Below the pieces are notes generated by a model. It saw only the letters and a program-made list of their open reading frames with translations, made no database searches and had not been told where the DNA came from. From Octopus vulgaris (lineage: Eukaryota): a stretch of 64,000 bases of DNA. The DNA lies in NCBI GenBank assembly GCA_951406725.2, contig OX597824.1:87172001-87236000 (forward strand), given 5' to 3'. Below are positions 54,064-64,000 of this stretch, piece after piece (the stretch's first letter is position 1; each line of letters opens with the position of its first letter). Position numbers and translations under genes: made by a program.

Positions 54064-54124
<61 letters not shown>

Positions 54125-54272
54125 TATATATATATATCTGTAAATTCACATACGCTCACATGCACACATTTATATATACATATATATATATATACATATA
54201 CACACATATATACATATATACATATATACACATATACACACATATATACATATATATATATATATACATATA

Positions 54273-54320
<48 letters not shown>

Positions 54321-54490
54321 CACATATATACATATATATATATATACATATATATGTATATATGTATACACAGACACATATATACATATATATGTATATA
54401 TGTATACACAGACACATATATGCACACATACACATACATATATATGTCAATATATGTGTATGTATCTGTGTGTGTGTGTGCGTATATGTA
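54064..54490. repeat. (TA)/(CA) compound microsatellite
   Basis: Direct reading. Confidence 0.95.
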
Positions 54491-54912
54491 TGCATGTGTC
54501 CAACTCATGACAGCATAAAAAACAGACATAATATGATGACGGTGGTGGTGATGACAGTAACTGAAGTCAGGAATGGTTGAAAAAAACAAAGAAAGAAGCC
54601 ATTTTCTCAGATTTCTCCAACCTACACAAGTATGGCAGATGTGATAAGACTGACATTCGTAATAAAACTAGTCTACCAGCGTTGTCAAAACTGACGAGCT
54701 TCGTTAATTAATGAGAATAAATACATCTCTTCAAATGACATTAAATATCAAATACTTTTTCTTAATTTTGAGAATATGCTGTAGTGGTTGTGTGGTAAGT
54801 AGCTTGCTTACCAACCACATGGTTCTGGGTTCAATCCCACTGTGTGGCACCTTGTGCAAGTGCCTTCTACTATAGCCTCGGGCCGACCAAAGCCTTGTGA
54901 GTGGATTTGGTT

Positions 54913-55271
54913 CTTCTTGAGACAGCATTCACCCGGGGTGGGTTGAGCTGTCTCCATTCATCGTCAATGCTGCATCTCTCACAAACACCGTCCAGACCTG
55001 GCGATTTGAGGCTAATGACCATGTGATCTCCAACCACTCCTTATTCCAGCAGCGAACGCCATAGATATGGGGGTCTAGGTTGGGTTCCAGATCAGCCTTG
55101 ACTGTCATCAGCCAGGTTTTTCGTTGTCCACCACATCACTTTCGCCAACCCTGAAGGGGAGCTGGAGCAATTGCTTCGTAGATGAATTCTCCTGGTTGAC
55201 AACAGAGAGTATGACCCAGCCAACACAGACGTCTCATTAGGATGACTTGTCGGAGGGAGGTGATTTTGCAC
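54913..55271 (-). pseudogene. 5'-truncated RTE LINE inside a family A SINE (54782-55486)
   Basis: RRLCWLGHTL..GWRK*CGGQRKTW..LASNRQVW; caagaag tail; 11-bp TSD tggatttggtt at 54902-54912 and 55272-55282. Confidence 0.85.
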
Positions 55272-55654
55272 TGGATTTGGTTGACGGAAATTGAAAGAAG
55301 CCTGTCATATATATGTGTGTGTGTGTGTGTTTGTTCCCTACCATTGCTTGACCACCACTGTTGGTAAGTTTACGTCCCCATTAGGCTTACAAAGAATAAG
55401 TCCTGGTGTTGATTTGTTCGACTAAAGGCGGTGCTCCAGCATAGCCACAGTAAAATGAGCGAAACAAGTAAAAGAATAAAAGAATAATACACAATATATT
55501 ACTGTATTAACCCATTAGCACCCATGGCCCTTTTTCTTTTTTTTTAAGGACCAGCAAGTTAATCCACCATATTACTGTAACACCTGTATTTTTCTGAGAT
55601 ACCTTTAATTAGTCATCAAGACTGGAGTATCTTTCAAATACAGTAAAATAAAAA

Positions 55655-55808
55655 TAAAAGCGCCCTTTTAAAGCCTAGCCAGGCTCATGGGCCCGGTTTC
55701 TATGGCATATGTGTTCCCCAGCTGGACGGGATACCAGTCCATCGCAGCGTTACTCATTTTTGCCAGCTGAGTGGACTGGAGCAACGTGAAATGAAGTGTT
55801 TTGCTCAA
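55655..55808 (-). mobile_element. Family C SINE, 5'-truncated
   Basis: Matches the 33-kb units; ttcaaatacagtaa is duplicated at the flanks. Confidence 0.85.
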
Positions 55809-56229
55809 TTCAAATACAGTAATAAAATGTTTTTTGTACATTTAGATAAAGTTGTATAAAAAAAGATTTTTGTTAATAAATTAAATAAACAAATTTGGGC
55901 ACAAACGGGTTAAGTATAAGAGGGAAATTTATGACTCGTGTTATACCTCACTCACACCTCCACTCTCTATTTGTTATTTGACTACCTCCTACTTCAATGC
56001 TATGTCATGTATGCGACCGCAAACAGACAGACAACCTAATTGTTATAATATCTATTTATGCTTTATTTTTTTCTTTCTTTGTTACTTGTTTTAGTCTTTA
56101 GATTGCTGTCATCCTGGGGCCACTGCCCTGAAGAAGTTTTAGTTAATGAACTCACTCCAGTACTTATCTTTTTTAACCCATATATCATTATAAAAGAATG
56201 AACTCTTAAAATTTCACTGAATTTAGATT

Positions 56230-56916
56230 GATCGTTACCAGCGTCGCCTTACTGGCACTTGTGCTCCATGCTAGTGGAGCACTAAGAGCTCCATCTGAGC
56301 GTGATCATCGCCAGAGCGGCTAGCTGCCTTCTGTGCCGGTGGCACGTAAAAGGCACCATTCGAGTGTGATCGTTACCAGCGTCACCTTACTGGCACTTGT
56401 GCCCCATGCTAGTAGGGTGCTAAGAGCACCATCCGAGCGTGATCGTTGCCAGAGCGGCTAACTGGCCTCTGTGCTGGTGGCACATAAAAGGCACCATTCA
56501 AGCATGATCATTACCAGTGTCGCCTTACTGACACTTGTGCCCCATGCTAGTAGGGTGCTAAGAGCACCATCCTAGCATGATTGTTGCCAGAGTGGCTAAC
56601 TGGCTTCCAAGCCGGTGGCATGTAAGAGGCACCATTCGAGCGTGATTGTTACCAGTGTCGCCTTACCAAAACATTTGAGTGAGGTCGTTGCCAGTACTGC
56701 CTGACTGGTCCCCGTGCCGGTGGCACGTAAAAGCACCTACTACACTCTCGGAGTGGTTAACGTTAGGAAGGGCATCCAACTGTAGAAACTCAAGATTGAA
56801 GCCAGATCAAGATTGGAGCCTGGAGCAGCCATCTAGTTCGCCAGTCCTCAGTCAAATCGTCCAACCAAGGCTAGCATGGAAAGCGGACGTTAAACTATAA
56901 TAATGATGATGATGAT
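56230..56916 (+). mobile_element. Family D element with 138-bp 5' tandem units
   Basis: Units start at 56230, 56368, 56506 and 56644, followed by the conserved tail. Confidence 0.9.
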
Positions 56917-57387
56917 GTTATGGTAAGCTTTCACAATCTGGAAGAGAAGGACAATATGCAACTGTGTCGATTATCTTCTGAACATTTTGTATACTCAGTC
57001 AGATGCTTCCCGGTGAGTTCATGTCCAAACGAGCAGGTTTTGCATTACGAAAATGCAACCAGGGATAGATATGGGTTACTCATATATAAAGTCTGGTACT
57101 TATTCTATCAGTCTCTCTTGCCGAACCATTAGGTTATGAGGAGGTAAATGCATCAACACCGGTTGCCAAGCAATGCTGGGGGATAAACACACACATAGAT
57201 ATAAACAGACATATACACACTCACGCACATATGACAAGCTTCTTTCAGCTTCCGTCTACCAGATCCACTGACAAGGCTTTGGTCAACCAGAGGCTATAGT
57301 AGAAGACACTTGCCCAAGGTGCTGTGCAGTGGGACTGAACCCAGGACCATTTTGTTGGGAAGCAAAATTCTTACCACACAACCATCC

Positions 57388-57783
57388 CTTCTTCTCTAGG
57401 CACAAGGGCTGAAATTTTTGGGGAGTGGGGCAGTCAATTAGATCAATTCCAGTACACAACTGGTACTTAATTTATTGACCTCAAAAGGATGAAAAGACAA
57501 AGTTGACCTCAGTGGAATTTGAACTCAGAACATAAAGATAGACGAAGTAACTATTTCTTTACTACCCACAAGGGGCTAAACACAGAGAGGACAAACAAGG
57601 ACAGACAAATGGATTAAGTCGATTATATCGACCCCAGTGCGTAACTGGTACTTATTTAACCGACCCCGAAAGGATGAAAGGCAAAGTCAACCTCAGCGGA
57701 ATTTGAACTCAGAATGTAATGGCAGACGAAATACCACTAAGCATTTCACCTGGTGTGTTGACATTTCTGCCAGCTCACGGCCT
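57388..57783 (-). mobile_element. Family B SINE dimer
   Basis: Junction at ~57551. Confidence 0.85.
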
Positions 57784-58351
57784 TTTAAATCATATTAGTT
57801 ATATAATGTTTATTGTATAGTCTGTTGTTGGTGTTATATAGTTTGCTAGCTTTGTGCTACCCAACATTCAACCTGCAAAACATTTTGTCAACCGTAACCA
57901 CTGTACAATAAAATATACAGTAAAATTTCATAACTTTTTACTAATCTGAAAAACATACCACAGTCAGTCATGCATGGAGTTGCATTATTCCATGTTTGAT
58001 TTCAACTGAAAGAAATGAATAAATAAAAACTGGGGGGTGGGATTTATAGAATAAGTAGGTAATGTGCCAATCCAGCTTTTTACTCTTTTGTGTCAGCCAC
58101 TGACAAAAGTTAATCATTTAAAGAAGGTGGTAAACTGGGAGAATCATTAACACACCAGGCAAAGTGCTCGGCAGTAGTTCATTCGTCTGCATGCTCTGAA
58201 TTGAAATTATGCCGAGGTCAACTTAGCCTTTCAGCCTTTCAGGTTCAATACAATAAATACCAGTTGAACACTGGGGTCCACGAAATTGGCTGTGTACTCC
58301 ACCCGCTCTTTTGAAAAGTCTGGCCTTGTAATAAAATACAAAAGCTATATC

Positions 58352-58586
58352 TCTGTTGTGTCTGGGGAGAGTCATTCTCTTTTAGGGCCTTATTATTTAA
58401 CACACTCACTGGTAAATTTCCACTTATTTCTTATTTTTATTTTCTAAAATTTTCTTTGCGTCTTGCAACCTTTTCAATAGACTTGACTTTAGAAAAAAAA
58501 AAAAAAAAAATGAGTGGAAATTTTACCGGTGAGTGTGTTAAATAATAAGGCACTAAAAGAAAATGACTCTCCCCAGACACAACAGA
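58352..58586. mobile_element. Inverted repeat (~78-bp arms) of a dispersed element; one arm also occurs at ~15805-15880
   Basis: Arms 58352-58429 and 58508-58586. Confidence 0.7.
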
Positions 58587-58976
58587 ATATGCTTCAACAC
58601 ACGAACTCATATAAAGAATCTTGCAAACCAAATCCAAAAACGAAACAAAAGCTATAATTATTCACGTTAAGGTGGTGAGCTGGCAGAATCGTTAGCACAC
58701 TGGGCAAAATGCTTGGCGGTATTTTGTCCGTTTTTCACATTCTTTTTTTTTCTTTTGGATTTTTGTTTTTGCATCTTTGAAGAAAGAATTCACAAAGTAA
58801 GCATGTAGGTGATGGAATTTATATCAGATATAACAGAGGATCATTTATATGATATCACAGTTATTTATGAATCATAATGAAATGAAACACTTGTAAGTAA
58901 AAAGGCGTGGCCGATCAGCCGACCAAATACTTCAAAATAGCAACAGAAAACCTAAATTAGAGTACTGCTAACAAAT

Positions 58977-59479
58977 CATCATCATCATCATCGTTTAACG
59001 TCTGCTTTCCATGCTAGCATGAGTTGGATGATTTTGACTGAGGACTGGCGAACCAGATGGCTACACCAGGCTCCAATCTTGATCTGGCAGAGTTTCTACA
59101 GCTGGAGACCTTTCCTAATGCCAACCACTCCGAGAGTGTAGTGGGTGCTTTTTATGTGCCACTGGCACGGGGGCCAGTCAGGCAGTACTGGCAACGACCT
59201 CGCTCGAATCTTTTTACACATGCCACCGGCACAAGTGCCAGTAAGGCAACGCTGGTAACGATCACACTCGGATTTTGCCTTTTACAAGCCACCGGCACGG
59301 AAGCCAGTTAGCCGCTCTGGCAACGATCACGCTCGGATGGTGCTCTTAGCACCCTACTAGCACGGGGCTCAAGTGCCAGTAAAGCAACGCTGATAACGAT
59401 CACACTCGAATGGTGCAGTTTTACGTGCCACTGGCACAGGAGCCGGTTAGCCGCTCTGGCAACGATCACACTTGGATGG
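58977..59479 (-). mobile_element. Family D element flanked by 109-bp direct repeats
   Basis: Flanks 58868-58976 and 59480-59588 with ~8 mismatches. Confidence 0.85.
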
Positions 59480-59585
59480 TGAATCATAATGAAATGAAAC
59501 ACTTTTAAGTAAAAGGGTGTGGCTGCTCAGCAGACTAAATACTTCAAAATAGCAAAAGAAAACCTAAATTAGAGTACTGCTAACA

Positions 59586-59670
<85 letters not shown>

Positions 59671-59709
59671 TTAATAATAATGATGATAATAATAATAATA
59701 ATAATAATA
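59586..59709. repeat. (AAT)n microsatellite
   Basis: Direct reading. Confidence 0.95.
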
Positions 59710-60344
59710 GAATGGATAAATAATAAAAAGGGTTGCACCACTCAAAAGTATAATGTAAACCAATGAGATGTCGTGAGACAATTCAAGTAGCCAACTCAAG
59801 CACTTCACCTACGGTTGCTGTAGAAAATGTAGGGACGTGTAGCTATGGTGGTAGTGAAAGGAAAAACGTTATATAAAATTCAGACAGTCTTCTTCTATAT
59901 GTGTGTGCACAGATGTGTGTGAAGACTTGTACATTATCTCACATATAAAATTAATTACCTTCAAAATAATTATCACTCTTGACCTGATGACCTAAAGCTA
60001 GAGCGGTCGACCCAGTTTCTTATTCTGCAGCAATTCAACATGAAGTCAGCAAAAAATTAGCCCATGAACTTCAGCTAGTGCTACTAACTGACATTGGACC
60101 GACTTCCTTTAGTATTTCGAGCTAAGGACAAGATGAAGCAGCAATTATGTTAATATACTTTTAATATTACCTCCACTAAGTTTATTTGCATTAATGACCA
60201 TCATTACAGCCTTTGCCAACAACACATATACAACCCCAATAAAACTCATTGAATTCACATTTCAGATCAACTCAACAAGACAAATATGTTTCTTCTCTGT
60301 ATCAGAGTTTTGGGGGGGTTTTTTCAGTGAAAACTATTCGCATA

Positions 60345-60926
60345 CTAGCAATTTATTTTAATACGAGCAAAACGCACCCCCGTCCAATGGACTGTGCTGA
60401 GTTGTCAAACATTTAAACCAAATTTTCTCAAAACAACTTGTCCGACCGTCCCATAAGCCTCCCCTTTGAGCAAACACTGATTTAACCTAAATTTGAGACA
60501 CCAGCAAAAGAAGAAATAAAGATAGACTTTTTTTCTATTCCAAAGAAAAACGATTTTATTCACACAAATATGCAACGGAAGAGTTTAAAGTACCAGCAAT
60601 GATAAGGCTGTTGACTGGGAGAACACAAACATGGTTTAAACAGTAAGCTTGGCAGGAAAGAAACCTGCCTTTAAGCAGTACAAAAACAACAAAAAATGGA
60701 AGGTGCAGTTATGTACAGGTTGACGGAAGAAAAGCAGGACAAAAACAGCTTTATCGATCGCATTCTCACCTGGAATCGATTTTTGTAATTTTTTCAAGAC
60801 TTATACACACCTTGATACTGTTGGTATCTACATATCAAATTTGAGCACAATCGGATGGAGGATGCCCGAGATCCTAGAAGCCACACAAACACACACAGAT
60901 AGACAGAATGGATTTTATATAAGAGA
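60345..60926 (-). mobile_element. Probable non-autonomous Helitron of a second family
   Basis: Minus-strand TCtcttatataaaa start and CTAG|T end; subterminal hairpin unclear. Confidence 0.55.
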
Positions 60927-61305
60927 CTAGCAGTATCGCCCGGCGTTGCTCAGGTTTGTAAGGGAAATAACTATAAAGCATTTTTAGAGAGTTATAGCCA
61001 AAAAATAGCAAAAAAATGGAAAACAAATGATGGTAAATTTTTTTGAGAGTTAAAAAGGTAGAGTTGCGTCCCTAGACGGTCTGTGGTTTGGGTTTCTAAT
61101 TCTCGACCCCATGTCGAATTTATCGATTTTTTCAGAACTGGGGAACTTTTCAAAATTTTCGCTGCGTTAGTTTTGAATTATGACATTGGCTATGTGTGTG
61201 TCAAGTTTCATCAGAATCGGTTGAAAGCCGTGGTCAGGGTGAGGGTACGAGAAAACAGACACACAGAAACACGCACAGACAAACTGCCGTTTATATAGAG
61301 AGAGA
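60927..61305 (-). mobile_element. Non-autonomous Helitron
   Basis: ctagcagtatcgcccggcgttgctc is the reverse complement of the shared 3' end; A|TCtctctctatataaa start. Confidence 0.85.
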
Positions 61306-62094
61306 TATGAACCGCTTTCAGACACACACAAAAAAGCAGGAAGAAAATAGCTCTTCAAGCAACAAATGACAAAACATTTTTACCTTTAAGTGACAGACAA
61401 GCACTGTTATTGAAAATATCCAACAGAAATCAAAGCAACCATTCAGACAGGAACGATTTGTCTTTATATCTGCTCAGCCATTGTTATTAGAGACAAGATC
61501 TTCTCCAACATTCCAATATTATTATTCATATTTGTTAAAGCAAGTTATTCAACTAAGTTTAGAAAACACTTTTTATTTATTTTATTTAAAATAAAAAGTG
61601 TTTTTTTTTTAAAAAAGAACACAAAACATATCTGAAATGTATTTCTTTAAAACAACATCTCAAGACTAACGAAAGACCAGCACATTTCTCAGATCTAATA
61701 TCCTTTCTTTTCCTTCTAATCCCGGTTCTCTAAGCAGATCTACAATGCACCTGTACATACCTGCCGGTTTGTTTCCTTAAGTATATACACTCCTTGAAAG
61801 ATTCCTTTTGATGCAGTTTCTTGCAAGTTCCACAGATTAGCATTAAGATAATCTGGGGTAAAGTTCAGTTTGTGTAAAATACAACTTGCTTCAGTCATTT
61901 AGTTATTCAATCTGCATAGGTGCAGGCATGGCCATGTGGTTACGAAACTCACCTTGCAACCATGTGGTTTTGAGTTCAGTCCCACAGTGTAACACCTTGG
62001 GCAAGTATCTTGTATAGCCCAGGGTCAATCAATGCCTTATGAGTGAATGTGGTAAATGGAAACTGTGTAGAAGCCTGTCATATATATGTGTATA

Positions 62095-62206
<112 letters not shown>

Positions 62207-63109
62207 ATATGAGGGAATATTATTCCAAACTTAAGGGAAATTTTCAATTTAGAAATACTAAATCAAATTTCACATTCTACCAATTATATACATTTTATTT
62301 ATTATTTTGCAAATTACTTAATCATCGTTATATGTTTTATCTTATATTTAATCTTTTTATGATATGTAATTTTTCTAAATGGTATAACTTAAATTTTCAT
62401 TATTGAATTGATAAAAGGTGTTTTTTTTCTAATTTAGATGTGTGTATATACATACATATATAAAATTATCTCTATTTTCTACATTTTCTTTTGAATATTT
62501 ATAAACCAAAATTTATATTTAGACCTATTATTGCATAGAGGGTTGCTGAAATAAGCACTAGTCAAGTACTGGGGTTGATGTAATCAACTGCGTTTTATAA
62601 GAGGGACGGGAGTTATTGGTGGCAAGAGGGGCTGGAAAGATTTTTGGTTCTTTTTCATTTTTATGGACATTTGAATGATAGAGAAAGTGGCAAATGGATA
62701 GAACTGTTAGCACATCAGGCAAAATGCTTAGCAGTATTTGTTCAGGCTCTTTACATTCTGAGACATTCTGAGTTCAAACCCCACGAAGGTCAACTTTATG
62801 TTTCATCCATTCGGGGTTGATAAAACACAGTAGCAGTCAAATACTAGCGAGGGTTGATGTCATCAACTTGTCCCCTTTTTTCAAAATCGCTGATTGTGAA
62901 TCTTCCAATGAACTGGTCATTCAGAAGAACGATAGGATTTCGGTCACTTACACACCATGGAAAGGGAGAAGCTGGCCTTATGAGTCCTATGGCTCAACAA
63001 GAAAAATAAGAAAATGCAAATTTTGGGGATTCATTGATTTATATTTCCAAGTTCAAATCTGTTTATGCTTGATATAGTATTTTCTTTGTTTATCCCATCC
63101 TATAATTAA

Positions 63110-63972
63110 CCCTTTCGTTACCAGCCTGGCTGAAACTGGCTCTGGCTCTGAGTACAAATGTCTTGTTTAAATAAGTTTTGAATTAAAATCTTCCACCAAA
63201 CCTTAGTCACAATTTATATTCCTAACACTAGCTTAATAATGACTAATTTATTTTACTAAATTCTTTGTTATATTTAAAGTAATTCAAAGAAACACAGAGC
63301 ATCTCAACAGAAATATGGCAAAGAAAGGGTTAAACAATGTAAATAAATAAACATTGCATTTGACAGAGTAGTCTGAATGCTAAAGGGTTAACCCTTTCGT
63401 TACCAACCCGGCTGAAACCGGCTCTGGCTCTGAGTACAAATGTCTTGTTTTCATAAGTTTTGAATTAAAATCTTCCACCAAAACTTTAGTCACAATTTAT
63501 GTTCCTAACACTAGTTGAACGATAGTTAATTTATTTTACTAAATTCTTTGTTATATTTAAAGTAATTGAAAGATATACAGAGCATCTCAAAATAAATACA
63601 GTAATGAAAGGGTTAAGAATCAGCAGAAGATATAAGAAGAGACCTCAATGTGGTCACTATATGCTAGAAATAATAGCCGAAATTTCCTTCAATCCACACC
63701 CTTCCAAGTACTTCTAATGTGCATCTGCCTAAATGTAGAGGTGCATTTAACCCTTTCGTTACCAACCCGGCTGGAACCAGCTCTGGCTCTGAGTACAAAT
63801 GTCTTGTTTAAATAAGTTTTAAATTAAAATCTTCCACCAAACCTTAGTCACAATTTATGTTCCTAACACTAGCTTAATAATGACTAATTTATTTTACTAA
63901 ATTCTTTTAGTTATATTTAAAGTAATTGAAAGAAACACAGAGCATCTCAAAATAAATACAGTAATGAAAGGG
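63110..63972. mobile_element. Three TTAA-flanked piggyBac-type MITEs (63110-63329, 63392-63612, 63751-63972)
   Basis: ttaa|ccctttcgttac ... gaaaggg|ttaa, ~220 bp each. Confidence 0.9.
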
Positions 63973-64000
63973 TTAAACAACACACAAAAATGTATTGAAA

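Overview
AT-rich, repeat-saturated eukaryotic DNA. Its SINE families resemble those of Octopus (coleoid cephalopod). Most of the window looks like 5' intronic/upstream sequence of a minus-strand gene. One convincing coding exon lies at 3376-3541, with candidate upstream exons at 17798-17916, 39562-39641 and 43415-~43700. The remainder comprises four abundant SINE-like families, fragments of RTE, CR1 and R4/Dong LINEs, Penelope-like ends carrying hammerhead-ribozyme cores, non-autonomous Helitrons, TTAA MITEs and microsatellites. Nearly all listed ORFs are spurious. The outstanding anomaly is a 299-bp segment at 2991-3289. It has a 231-bp core (~61% GC, CpG-rich) bracketed by imperfect 34-bp direct repeats, it interrupts a SINE tail, and it resembles nothing else in the window. 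Family names come from recalled motifs, not database searches. Coordinates of diverged repeats are approximate.
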